In this document: positions 26,801 through 40,280 of the stretch, piece by piece
How positions within the stretch are numbered: the first letter of the stretch is position 1
Layout of the letters: every line of letters begins with the position of its first letter
Assembly (NCBI GenBank): GCA_032718475.1
Contig: JAUCBJ010007043.1
Coordinates: 124,001 to 188,000, forward strand
Length of the DNA: 64,000 nt
Direction: 5' to 3'
DNA from: Nemertoderma westbladi
Taxonomy: Eukaryota > Animalia > Xenacoelomorpha
The notes under the pieces: model-generated
What the model saw: only the letters and a program-made list of their open reading frames with translations
What the model was told of the DNA's origin: nothing
Database searches by the model: none
Made by a program: the position numbers and the translations under genes

Positions 26801-27279
26801 TTGCTGCACTTCCTGCAACTCTAACCTACTTTCCTTTACGGTTCCCTTTAACTGTTGAACAGTCCCTTCTAACTCTCGGACCTGTTGGGAGGAGCGCATT
26901 TGATTCTCCTCCATCTTTCCGAGGAGAATGTCCATCCCCCGCCGTCTCTCGTCCACCCAATCAACCGCCGAAACGGGATCCGCCAACGTTGTAGCGGGCG
27001 GACGAGGGACAACGGGCGACAAATCATGAATATTTCGCTCGGAGTCCAGAGCATGAACTGTCTCATGGGCTGTTCTGCTGGGCACAGGTAGCTTAGTGCT
27101 GTGCAACGGGAATTGAGAGGTAGGTTCAGGGAGTACAGGTGTCTCTACGACCGAAAGAGTAGCTTCGGGAACAGGCCTAATTATTTCAGGCTCATCTACT
27201 ATAGTAGGGAGTCTCTCTATTGTAATTATTTGGTCTGTGGGTTCTGTACTCGCTAAGTTGGTGTTATTTAGTTGCCTTC
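23879..27279 (-). pseudogene. A2 gag-protease with RT/RNase H and integrase deleted
   Basis: One frame with a single TGT>TGA stop at 25523; ALLDSGS; jumps from SSDNDDI to QWRYCPKKFNPTDIASRG (RNase H end), then to NHPVGRLCL (integrase C-terminus). Confidence 0.85.
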
Positions 27280-29299
27280 ATTTACTCGAGCGTGTTCCGA
27301 TGTGATCGATTATTCTTTTGAGACCCTTACCGAAATACAAAAGAAACTCCGACATGGACAATTCGAACTCGCGCAGCGTTACGTCACTGACACCGAGCGC
27401 AAACCGGCCATGGGTATCGATGGATCGATGTTACCCCAGCCCGTGCTCGAGATGTTGTTTAACGAAAGAATCCTTAAAATCGGCTCAGCTGTTTATGGAG
27501 ATCTCCAAAACGACTTTCGGAACATGGAGAACATTCCATACCCTTTCGTCGATACTCAGCTGATTGCTCCCTGGGCAGAAGGCCGAGGTTTCTTCCGCAC
27601 TATGTATGCAAATACACCCAGCGGCATCACTAAAGTACAACGAACCTCCATCGGACAACTTGCCTTTCAAGAATATGGATGGAATTTCAAGGTTGGAAAT
27701 CCTATCAACTACCAGCAAGTCTATGGAGATCATTATTCTCGATTATACTTTGACGGACCATTGACCGCACCTGGCGCCGTGTATAGCTTTATGAGCGTTC
27801 CACTTCGTCCCTCCTTAGCTATATATACGATCTTTGAAAACGCCGCACTTGCCGGTTGGCTAGCCGATGTGTGCAGTCGTACCATACGCGCCCATCCCTT
27901 AATACTTGGAACCAAACTCGCCAAGCTAGATGAACACAATAAATTCATCCGCTTCGAATGTTTCAGGCGCTTTCTGACTCCGTTCCGTAACATTGATAGT
28001 CAGTTCAAGGACCGCGCTCTGACCAAGCTCAGCTTAAGAGACTCAGCTGCGGAGAAGTTAGACAGCGCGGGATTCGCCCTTTTCAAGGACGTCTGTATAC
28101 AGAACTTACATTCATCTGTTATACAAAGACCTCGAATACCCACGGGTTATTCTGTCGTGGAAGTTCAGACAGTTGGTTCGCTTGCGGAGACAGCCGCACC
28201 TGCCTCAGCTATGCAATTGGAAGACGAACCAATATGCTTAGAATCTGAGGAGATTCAGCCTACAGCGCCCCGGAGCGGCGATAACGACTACGTCTTGGAA
28301 TGGTATCAAGGACCACAATGTCTCACCGCATACGATTATCGGCACGCCAACTATGTTTCTCGAAAACGTTGCCGATTATGCGCATCGAGAGATCATTTCA
28401 CCCCTACAGACTCAGACGTACCCTGCTTCTATTTCCATGTACAACCGATGATGGAGATCTATTGTGCGTATTGCAGACTCAATAACTCGCACATTTTCGC
28501 AGTCTGCCCCCAATTTATGATTCAATGCCATCATTGTCAACTTAAAGGACATGCCAGTTTTGATTGCCCTTTTAACCGCGATCTGGAAAGAGTAGATGAG
28601 ATGATTACTCTGCGCTACATCCGAGCTTGGGAAGCGAATGCGGATTTACATTGTGAGTCACGCCATCACTATTACCCTGGACGCGCCTACGAAGGAGTTT
28701 ACGCGTTCCATCCTTATCTATTCGCGTCTGTTGAACAAAAATCGCACACACCGAGTTACGAACTAATGAAGCGTGTAGGTGAGTGTATTTCCACCAAATT
28801 TGTTCGTAAATATCTCAGGAACATCAATCCTAACGATATTAATTCATACAATTTGACCAATTTCATCCGTCAAGACCCTGAGTATGGCGATTTGTTCATC
28901 AACTCACACCCTGAGTTACAGGAAGTACATCAACGGCCCTACGAATATCGAGCCCGAGAACGCGAGCTGGAAAGAACCATTAAACCGAGGAAGTTTCTCA
29001 CCACTCGCGGTCCACCTACCGCTATTGTCCAGATGACTCGTCAGGGACCAGTAGGAGCTGCTGTCCTAAGACGCGCTCTAAAGGCCGTTAGACCTCGCTC
29101 CACTGAAGTTGATATCGATCAACCAGGTACCTCGACTGGTGGATACACCGACCGTAATCCTAAACCTTCTGATGGAATTGTATTGCACCCTTCACCCAGG
29201 CGTTACAGCCCTCCTAGTAAAGTGGCTCACCCCAAAGAGAAAAGGACTCTTGTTAGCCTCAAAAAACTGCCATCCGCGCAAGAAAGACTAACTGTTTAG
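27280..29299 (+). CDS. N-truncated 3' accessory ORF of a family A BEL element (variant 1), triple zinc-knuckle protein
   Basis: ~670 open codons ending 70 bp before the PPT/LTR; CRLC..H, CAYC..H..C, CHHC..GH..C; the ORF-track TTG start lies inside A2 sequence. Confidence 0.8.
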
Positions 29300-29368
29300 A
29301 GTATTTTTATATTTTAGAAACTGTGATTTTTATATTTTATAGAATTAAATCCCATTTTCTGGGAGCGG

Positions 29369-30566
29369 TGTAAAGGCTTTTGCGGATATAGCTAGTTATT
29401 TTCCCCGCAAAGTACTCTGTAGATGTTTTAATGGACATAAAAGGCCGTTTTCTTACTGTACCGGTGTTTAGCGGACATAAAAAGCCGTTTTTTCTGTATG
29501 TGTACTTTGGAGGACATAACAAGCCATTTTGTGTCGCAATGCGCCAATATACTCTTAATACAGTGTAGTTCAGATTACGACATCTATCAGCTGATTTAGT
29601 GTACTCGTGTAGCTTTCTTTGTTCGGCTCAACCAATCAGAGCAATTTCCATTTTTCTTGGAAACGAGCTATGTAAGCCGAGCAAGTCTGTGTATGAAGGC
29701 AGTAGTTGTTTTGCCTTTTCCTGATGCCAGAACATCGGCTATGGAATTATTCTGTGTTTCAGGCTTTAGCCAAACATGAGAACGGCTTTGATTACCGAAA
29801 CGTATAACTGTTATCTTAACTCAACAAACCATACTCACTTACATATCACACAAACCAAACCTGCCGGTCATATCATACCTTTCACCGCATTATTTTACTG
29901 CTATTTACTGTCGGTTATTAATTGTATCTGTTGATGCAATATTGTTATATTTGGATAATATCGATAAATAATCATAAAACCCCATCTTCTTGATATACTG
30001 GAGGTAAGAGACCGGTTACATATAGCAATTGCGACTTATATGATATTGGTTTTGGAGTGAATCTAATGCTATTTCATAGGCACTACAGGTGTCAATTGCT
30101 GTCCTTTTTATATGTGACTAAAATTAGTGAAGGTCGGCAGATTGGTGTGCAGCATTGTGCGGTAGTGTGCATGATTGTGACAGATAACTAAGCATCTCCT
30201 AAAGAATGCGCCTTATACGTGAATCAATAGCCATCCCGTTGTGTTTAGTATAAGTCATAACTCTGTTTATATATTTAGAGCGCCACGTCCTAAAGGAACT
30301 GTTAGTATTTCCCGAAAGTGAATAATATTTGTCAGAGATTATATATTAACGATCAATCGAATAATACAGTAGGCCTACACCGCAATAAGGTCAGAGCTTC
30401 CGAATCCAGTCTCCCGGGTGTATATCCAGCGGGTGAATGGTCGCGCATAGGCTGGCTTCGGCTAATGTAGTGCATCAAATACTCATCATAGGCTAAAGTC
30501 GATTTATAACCTAGAAGACACCTAAATTAGGCGAGTTAAACTGCCTAAGGTCTGAAAGCGCGAACA
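29369..30566 (+). repeat. 3' LTR, family A
   Basis: PPT GGGAGCGG at 29361-29368, TGTAAA start, GCGCGAACA end. Confidence 0.9.
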
Positions 30567-31373
30567 CGAGCCATCAGCGAACTGATATAATTATACTATG
30601 GCCGTTTTTCAAAAGTCTGTGTGTGACGTGTGTGTGTGTGTGTGTCAGTGTGTCGGAAGCCATAATTGTCGGAAGCCATAATCTAAATTAATATCTTCAG
30701 CTAAATTGTATGGTTGAATCGAATTATTTCGATTCTTCTATCGGTAATTAATTATTTAGGGGGGTAACATTTATCCCATCTGGTATAAAATTAACATGGG
30801 TGGATTCGCCGTTTCCCATTCTATCAAAGTCTTTACTTTATACTCGAGATTAATGTCAAGTTTTATAGCTATTTATTGATTTACAGTTAAAATTGCATTT
30901 TTATCAATTAATTCACAGGTAGGCTCTAACCGCCTAATGACAGTCAATACGGAGTAATTCCTTCCCGTGTCTTAGCAACGCTGAGAATGTCCTGGCTTGT
31001 TAGAGGCAGACTGCTGCTGGTAGGATCTATAGGGGCTGTTGCGCTGTCAGTCAGAGAGGTAACAGCCCATGGGGTAAGGATTTACCCATGGGGCACTAAC
31101 TATCAGATAGTCTGATACCAACTGTCAGACAGTCTTTTTCAACTATCAGATAGATGATCGCCCAGTTCAGCAGTTGAAGTTCAAAGTTGCCCTTAGTTGT
31201 ATTTTTTAAACCCCGAGTGTTGTTGACGGAGTCTGCTGGTCTGTTACTTCCGAAATCGTTGATAGTGGTGTCGGTGCCGGAATTCTGGCTTTGATTAAAA
31301 ACACTGAACTGCTGAACGATGGCGGAATCTACGAAACCCGGCTGGATTCCTAATCCGAGGAGGCGACGGAGTC

Positions 31374-34073
31374 TGTTACGGTATATGGCGCTGTACACAT
31401 TATTAGCCATTATACAGTATAATATATTGGTTTATTATACAGTATAATATATTAGTCCGTTATACTGTACGCAATATTAGTCCATTATGCAGTATAATAT
31501 TTTAGATAAGAGATAATAGCGAGGTGATATTTAGATAAGGAAACTGAAACGCCCATATATTTTGAACTCATCCATTTTGTATAGTATGTAGCCCTACCTA
31601 CGTAATTTTGTATTAAGATATAAGTAGATAGTTCCAGGGTAGCAAGTTCAGTTGGACCCTGGATATGTGCTTGCTGTTATTAGCTTCGATAGGGCTAGCA
31701 TCTAGGGACGCAATCCTAACCATTCCGCAGCCAGGGACATGATCCATTACCATATATGGTAATAATTCGCGGTTTGGAAGCCCTGAGGTTCACAATCCGG
31801 CTTTCTTATTGGACTAACTGTTTCCAGGTTGGTCTAATGCTAGCGCGGACTGGAGAGCCAATAGGAGAGCGATTGCATCACCCTTATTGCATCATCCTTC
31901 TCGGATCACCTATAAATTGGCGGTTTGCTGGTAGAGCTGTACAATCCAATCCTACTCCTCTACAACACCAACCCCATATCATTATTCTGTGTTAAGTTTA
32001 GGAGTACAATTTGTGCGTATTTTCTGCATTTCTACCCTTTGATTAATTTTCTTGGAATGATTCGTTAGTGTTATTATTCTTAACTGTGTTTCTCAATCAA
32101 TCCTATTGATTACTGCTAATTACAACCGGAACTATGATTTCTACCTCTTTCGTTAATGGTTCTATGTAATTTATTTCGAAGCAATAATCCTACGGGATTT
32201 CTGAGACTGTCAGACTTGTGATTTGCATGCGCCGCTACGGTAGCTATTCCATAAATGGAGGGCTAAGGTGCCAGTAGGCGGTGGGCGCATCGGGGGGTTA
32301 GCGACGAAGGGAGAGCGGAGGATTCAAAAGCGGGCAACGCTGGCGGGGGTCAACGTTGTGGTCGGGCAATTTGGACTGTAGGTTGGAGACCGCTCGCTGG
32401 TACGGTAATTAGGGGGCTGATGATCCAGGTTTTGTCTCTATTTAGTATTAGGGGGCAGGAATTGGGTTAGTTAGGAAGTCTAGACGTACCCGGGAGGGGC
32501 CTGCATACCTTACAGTAGATTGCGAATCAGTAAGTTGCGAATTAGTCAATTGCGAATTATTACGTTGCGAATTATATAATTGCGGATTGTATAATTGCAA
32601 GTTATGCTATTGTGATCTGTGATTGCTGACGCTGATTGGTGTGTTACTGAAGTGTGCCTATGATTACGAATGCTTAGGTAGGCGCCTCTTTCTCTTTGAT
32701 TGATTTCTATTTCTTAGTTACAACAAATAATTACTGATTAGGTCAAAGTAATACGGCATTTTAGGCTATTACTAGCGAAACCTGTTGTGTAATAAATTAG
32801 AATTACGCATTCTGGAACTCTTAGTAATTAGTACGCTGTTACATATTTGTGACTGTAATTGATTAGTAAAATTAAGAATTAGTACGCAGCATAGCGGAGA
32901 GTAGCTAAGGTAATAATTTAGAGTACCGTAAACTATTCACGCTGAGCGGTTATTTGCATTAGCGGGCAATAAGCTAGATCGCAGTAGTCAGTACGCAAGA
33001 CACTAGTAGATTGCTGGCCTAAAGCCAGCTGCAGGCAAGTTTAGACCCAGAGCGGTATCACCTACGAAAGACAGTGTACTGTACCAATTTTTTTGATTAT
33101 TTTAAATATTCTCGCATTCACACATTCCGTTAGGGAACCGGAACCCCCAGTATTCGCGATTAGAAAAGACGTAGGCAATAGCGTGCTTCAATAGTGGTAA
33201 AATTAGGCGTAAGAATACTCTGAGTGCAAAGCCCCTCGCACTCGTCTTAAGTAAGCTTAGGGAGCCGACTCGGGTTTATTGTTTTGGTTATTCCTGCGTG
33301 GCTCATAGATTCGAACAGTTAGCTCTCTATCGAGCGATCGGTAGAGAAAGGAACAAGCGATTTTGCAGGAGCCGTGTAAATTTAGTAAAATATATTAGCG
33401 GACGGCAGATTAGCGCCATCCAACGGTAAGTAGCGGTTTTGTATTTAGCAGCCTTTACAATTTAGTAATAGCACGCTCCTGATCCCCTTTACTTAATAGT
33501 AGAGCAGTCTTTATGTCTTATTGGTTAGGCGAGAACTCATTAGGTTGGCAGAGAAGTATACGGGTATTTGTCTGTTCAACAGTTCTGCTGTCAGTATAGG
33601 GGTCGCAGTTGTTTAACAGAGTCAATTAAACGTAAACAATGAAACGATTGCGATGGACAACTGAGTGTCTATTCAATCCATAACGATACGATGGCAATGG
33701 AGTCTATTACAGTATTAAACACGCAACCAGCAACCAAAGTGATCAGACGATGGCGAGGTAATCTACAAAACACATAATGACAGGAAGGCGACGGAGTTTA
33801 TTAAACCCAGTAAGATGGTGCATAGCGAAGCGATCGAGACGGATAACGGAGTCTATCACAGTATTAAACCTGGAACGAAGACAGTGGAGTCTGTGTTCCA
33901 GGCCTAACTAAACCTAGAACAATGCGAACAAGGCTACCGGTACTGTAAAGTTAGACTAGACTGGTTTGTGAGATTAACTTGCCAATACTAACTCAATACA
34001 ATTTGCTTTCTTCGAATTCCTAATAATATTTTAATCTTAATAATAATTATTCAACATCAATTATTTTATAAGT
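31374..34073 (+). repeat. Family B 5' LTR plus probable leader (first copy of the direct repeat)
   Basis: Nearly identical to 61117-63801 except for a ~16 bp indel at ~31917 and scattered SNPs; TATAAA at ~31911; true LTR end uncertain (33086 or 34070). Confidence 0.85.
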
Positions 34074-34089
34074 AGTATGTATAAGTAGT

Positions 34090-37000
34090 ATTTTATAAGT
34101 ACGAGTACGCATATCGGAGGAGACTATACCACATAGACCTCAGGTAAGGACGCCTGTCCCGAATATCCATAATCCCAATTTCGAAAACTCAGCCGAGAAA
34201 TTTATACAAGATGCTTGGGTCAGGGCCTCGGCGCGCAAACCAACACGAGCGCTAAGGACTGACACCGAGTCAAGCGATGAAGAGGAAGACATGAGACGTC
34301 AGAAGTCCCGAAACTATAAGGAAAGAAGGACGGACGCGGAGCAGGTAAGTTTTAATCCCCGGGAAAGGACCAGACTTAACAACCCTGCAGAACTAAACCA
34401 TTTGTTAACCCGGAACGACGCAACCCTTAGGGACATAGGTAAGTTTGCTGCTAGGCAAGGACTGCCGACGCAACAACCCCAGAAGTTTATGGGTAACCAC
34501 AAGCACTGGAGGACTTTCAAAACCTATGTCGACGAGCAGCTAACCAACAGCACCTTTACTCCCAACGAGAAGTTCAACTATTTGCTTCAGATGCTCCATC
34601 GAGAACCTAGAGCCATTGCTGACAACTTCATTGGCAATGAAAGGGCATTTGAGTTGGCAATGAAGACGCTTAGCGACATCTACGGGAATAAAACCAAGAT
34701 GGCGCAGTCGATAGTAGAAGACTTGGGTAAGGGCGGAAGGATTACAACTCCGTTAGAGCTGTTGAACTTAGCGAACGCTATTTCGAACGCATTGGACATC
34801 TTGAGGACGGTGAATCTACCTCATCATGGTGATCACGCCGAAGTTTTAAAGAGCGTAATAAGACGTTTAAACATGCGTTACAGACAGAAATGGCGCAAAT
34901 TAGAGAATAAGTTGGAGGGCCAAGGTAAAGTATTGACGCTTCATCATATTCATGACATGATAGCCACAGACGCAGTAGCAGAGATGAAATCAAACTTCTC
35001 AGAAGAGAATATGAGAGAATCTAAACCTGTTACCGGTAAGTCTATGGTAAGTTTTGACGATGACAGGACCACTGTGACATTTAACTCAGTAGACAGATAT
35101 AATTCGAGTACCCCAGCCTTTAGATCAGACTCGCGAGTATGGTCAGGTGAGCGGTTAGATAGACCTAGGTTAAAGCAAAAGGAGTTGCCGGATGGATTTG
35201 TAGGTTGCCAATACTGTTTACTAAAGGAGGTAAGATCTGACGACCATAAGTTAGATAGTTGCAGACGGTTCAAAGAATTAAATTCGGAACAGAGAAGAGT
35301 TCAAGTGCGGACGTTGGACACCTGTTGGGCATGTCTTGCGCCAGGCCATGTACGGCGGCAGTGCCCGAACAGCAAGGACGGATGCATGGAATGCGGCAGA
35401 CTACATCACAAGTTGCTACATGCGGATTTCCACACCCCAACGGACCGTTACTTACAGCGAAATCCTCAAAGGAAGGGGAGCAAAGAACCCGTATTGATAA
35501 GGAGGAATACGTATACCGGCATTCAGGACGATGGTTATCAACCAGGTTCGTCGGATGAGAATGACGAGTCGAGCGCGAGAGAAGTGACCTGCCAAGGTTT
35601 CACCGCGGATAGTTCATCGACCAGCGCGCGGAAGTATTTATCATCGGCCACGTCGGAAATATTCAGCGTGATTCCGGTGAAACTTACTGGCGATAAGGGA
35701 TCGAAGCGAATATATGTGATGTTGGACACTGCGTCCACATTATCTTATATCGACGAGGAAGTGGCGAGAGCCGTTTCTAGCTTCCAGGACGCCGAGGAGA
35801 TCCAAATAGAGTTGAAGTCTATGCACGGGGTAGGAGACCTCAAGGGACACAGGATATCTGTAGAACTAGATTCCCTACTTCCGAGAGACCAACATACTCG
35901 ACAAGAACGGAAAGCTTTGCCATTGGACGGATTTAAGTGTCTAGCTATGAAGGGATTCGGCAGGCAGTTAGGTAAGGTGCCGCCGATGAGTCCCATAGCA
36001 CAGGAGTATTTTGACAAACTCAGAATACCGAGACACCAGGTAGGTTATAGGAATGTTTCTATGTTAATTGGTGCAGAACAGCTGATTGCACACCAGATAT
36101 GGGAAACGAGACCAGCTGAGCCGCATGTCAATGGACCACATGCCCATAGGACTATATTAGGTTGGTATACAAGAGTACCCATGTATTATGAGTTTACAGG
36201 TGGCGACAAGCCAATGGATAGATACGACGAATTACAGCCTATAACTCAACTACCGTTAGTAGAACCACCAGACATAGACGAGTTTAGGAGAACCTGTATT
36301 GACCACTATAGTGACTTTAGCGAGTTGGACGAGGAGTTGATTCCCGATAATGTTAGGTTGTCGGAACCACTCCACAATGACCAGACAGATAGTGAACCCG
36401 AGGACTGTTATCAGACCCGTGGGTCTGGTTCAGCGGCCCACGCTACTTATCTGAGTAACGTTTTGACTTATACCAACATAGTGGAGGGTCAAGTGGCTAA
36501 ATATCGAGACCTAGACATTTTCCAATACAGTGAGGAGGAGCTACAGAAGGAATTGATACGCCAGGACCTCGAGACAGGAGCCAGAACCGTCGAATGGCTG
36601 GATAGGGACGCAATGGAACCCGGTGGATATGACCTAACCATGTCTACTGATGAGAAGCGGTCGCTGGAGATGATGGAAGATACCATACGTCTACTACCGA
36701 CTGGACATTTTGAAGTTGGAATGTTGTGGCGTCGACAACCTCCTAAGTTGGAGAACAACTACAATTTAGCCTTGAAAAGATTAAACGGAGTAAGGGCTCG
36801 GTTGTTAAAGAATCCGGACATTAGGGAGAAGTATTGCGCCCAGATCAACAACTATTTCGCTAAGGGATTTGCTGGGAAGGTAGAGGACCCTGACTTAGTG
36901 ACAGACCAGACTTATTACCTTCCACACCACTATGTGACTCACCCTGACAAACCTGACAAAGTCCGAGTAGTCAACGACTGCGCAGCAGTCTATAGAGGTA

Positions 37001-40000
37001 TGTCCCTGAATTCAGAGTTGATGGATGGTCCCAACCTGAATAACTATTTGATTGGAATACTGTTACGTTTTAGACAGCGGCGATTCGCATTTACTTGTGA
37101 CATCGAGTCGATGTTCCACCAGGTAAGAGCCTGTAAGGCAGACCAGGATAGCCTTCGCTTTCTCTGGTATGAGAATGAAGACTTATCCGGCCCAGTGGTT
37201 ACATACCAGATGTACGTTAGGATATTTGGCGCCCGCGATAGTCCAAATGGCACGCTGTTTGTTCTAAAGAAAACGGCAACAGCCCAGATTGGTAAGTACC
37301 CAGTAGAGGTGATCGAGTCCATCTTGAGAAACTTCTATATGGACGACGGATTGGTGTCCAAGGACACAGCAGAGCAAGCCATAGAAGTGGCTCACGGCCT
37401 ATAGGAGTGCTTGGCTACAGGGGGATTTCCTCTGACCAAGTTCACTACGAACTCGGAGGCCCTATTAGAGTCGTTCCCGGTAAAAGATCGCGGGAGCGGA
37501 GACATTGAATTGGGGGTAGAACCAATCCCCATGGCGCGAGTACTGGGACTCGCTTGGAACCCGAACTCAGATAAGTTCCAGGTAAGAGTTAGATTTGAGC
37601 CCAGTAGCCCAGACAAAGTTTTGACAAAGGGAATTTGCTTATCGACATTGAGTAGACTATTTGACCTGATGAACTTTATCAGTCCGGTAATATTACAGGC
37701 ACGAGCGTGCATGAGGAAAATTTGGTTGTCTGACCTGGAGTGGGACGAACCAATATCTCCTATACATGCAAAGCAGTGGAGAGAGTGGGAAGCCGAGTTG
37801 CATCTATTGAAAAATATAGATGTACCCCGTTCCTACTTTCCGAATCAGCTGGTATTTCCAGCTGATCTCGAACTGCATCTATTTAGTGACGCAAGTGACA
37901 CCGGCTTTGGTATGGTAGCCTACCTTCGCCGAGAGGTAAGTCAGGATAAGTTTGAGACGGCCTTTGTGACTTCTAGATCAAAGACAATGCTGGTCAAATA
38001 CATGACTGTCCCTCGTGCAGAGTTACAGGCGGCAGTGGTTTCAGTCGAGGTAAGTAAGCAAATAACAGAGGAATTAGACACGACATTGACCTTATTTTAT
38101 TGGACGGACGCATCCTTAGTGTTAGTATACATTGCAGCCGACAATATTGCACTAAAGACATTTGTGGCCAACAGACGCGCTCAGATCGTCGACTTTTCGA
38201 CGAAGGAACAATGGAGACATTGTCCGGGAGTGTTGAACCCGGCCGACATAACTTCGAGAGGTGCAATGCCGGCGGAATTCTGTCAGGAAGGGTCGCAGGA
38301 GTTTTGGTTGCATGGACCTGATTTTCTAACAAGGACACAGGAACATTGGCCAGAGCGACTAAAGATAGTGACCAATCCGATGCCTGAAGATGCAGAAGTC
38401 AAGGTGGAGAAAGTCTCTAAGTCGAAGTCTAAAGCCAAAATTAAGTCATTGGAGCGGCCTGAAGAGTCATTGGAGCGGCCTGAAGAGTCATTGGAGCGGC
38501 CCGGAGACCTGTCAGACCAACAGACTTATGTGACTACTAGGTCCGGAAGGGTAAGTTATGACATAAAACCACCCTTACAGACTAAACCAGAGTCACAGAA
38601 AATGACCGACACAGTGGAGCCTTTGGTTTCCAAACCTGCGGGTTTGGATTCGAAACTTCCATCAATTAGCGGACAACCGTCGCTGGCATTAGAGCCATGT
38701 AGTATTTATGACAAATTACTAAATTCGTCTGCCTCTTGGCTGACAATTTGTAAAAGAACTGCGTGGTTAAGCCGATACATTTCGTACCTTTGTATAAAAC
38801 ATTCGGAACATTTGGGAGAACAATTGAGCACTAATATTGAGCGAATTCGGAAATTGAAACAACCTCTGACAGAGGATGAGATTGATCAAGCGGAATTAAA
38901 GCATTTGAAACATTATCAAATGTGTGCCTTCCCCAAAGAATTCCATCTATTATCGGCTCAACGACCAGTTCTCTATAAACCCCTTAGAAAATGGAGTCCA
39001 TTAATCCATAAGGGTTTAATTTGTCATAGATCGAGAATCCAGACTGTCGACATAAACTCACAGTTCAGGTTCCCAGTGATAATCCCTAGTCACCCAATAG
39101 AATTGCAAAGAGCGATTCTATGGGATATACACAAGAGGTTGCATCACGCGGGAAAGTTACACTGTTTGTCGGCAGCGAGACAGCGATTCATTTTATTGCA
39201 GCCAAGCAGGGCAGCAGGCACTATGTATGATGCCTGTCTGGTTTGCAAGAGGGTGAACGCCAGAGTATTGGAACAGGAGATGGCTGAACTCCCGGAAGCG
39301 AGAGTGCAGGCATATGACCCACCCTTTACGAATACAGGGGTGGATTGTTTTGGTCCGATTGAGGCAAAGAGTGGACGGCTGACCCACAAGCGATGGGGTC
39401 TGCTACTGACATGCATGGCTAGTAGAGCCATACACATTGAGCGTGTGGCAGACATGTCGACCAAATCTCTGCTCCTGGCCTTAAAGAGATTTATGGCCAG
39501 GAGAGGACTAGTAAAGGCGTTCTACTCTGACAAGGGTACAAACTTTGTCGCAGGGAATAGCGAGTTAAACGCGGCTCATAAAGCGGCACAGAATAAGGAA
39601 ATTTCTGCAGCACTTTTGCCGCAAAGAGTAGAGTGGAGATTTAATACTCCAGAAAGTCCTTGGAGAGGAGGAAGTTGGGAGCGTTTAGTTCGCTCTGTAA
39701 AACAGGCCATTGCCAAAACATTGCCTGTAAACAAACAACTTACCGACGACGAACTGGTCACAGCTTTCATCGAAATCGAGCATACATTAAACTCGAGGCC
39801 AATAGCTATGTTGCCAGACGGTGTTGCATTAACGCCGAATCATTTGCTAATGCAGAGTCCAGCATTTCTTGTGCCGGCATCAGAACCCATTAGTGCCGAC
39901 CTATATAGTCGTAAGAGCTGGAAAATGACTCAATTTGTGGCGTACACATTCTGGGAATATTGGCGGGAATACTATCTTCCAGAACAAAGTGGTACAAAAC

Positions 40001-40280
40001 GGTTCGGAGTCTCCAAAGGGGAGATTACGTATTGATAACAGAGCCGATTGTCAAGAGAAAGTATTGGGAGACAGGAGTGATCTTGCATACACACCCAGAC
40101 GTGCAAAACATAGTGCGCACAGTCACTGTGAAAATTAGGTGCAAGTGTCCGCACCCAAAGAAGTGTAAAACTAATGGTTTACACACCTTGGACTGACCGG
40201 TCCAAGATATCGTGTTATTAGAGGAGACACGCATCGAGACGGGAGATTATAATTTGTCTCCTGCCTCAAAACGGAATTAG
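34090..40280 (+). pseudogene. Family B gag-pol (gag, protease, RT, RNase H, integrase); near-intact, with one stop at 37402, a frameshift near 40005 and an N-terminal gag deletion
   Basis: CQYC/CWAC/CMEC knuckles, MLDTAS, YYLPHH, YMDD, FSDAS..ELQAA..WTDAS..NPAD, HHCC, GVDCFGP/SDKGTNF/GGSWERLV DDE triad. Confidence 0.93.

Larger units (their letters stand above)
17893..27279 (-). mobile_element. BEL/Pao copy A2, inverted, inserted into A1 RT; 5' part lost
   Basis: gag/protease highly similar to A1; 3' LTR ends exactly at 17893 where the A1 RT breaks; homology to A1 gag (GAAGGCAACTA) stops at ~27279. Confidence 0.88.

Noticed and set aside
27280-29299. env gene call for the 3' accessory ORFs
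   Set aside because: No transmembrane segment or fusion-protein pattern seen; CCHC knuckles point to nucleic-acid binding
31096-31410. 104 aa minus-strand ORF as a host gene
   Set aside because: It starts inside the LTR and has no recognisable motif
12385-40234. Many short antisense or overlapping ORFs within the gag-pol regions
   Set aside because: Shadow ORFs of long coding sequences with no independent motifs
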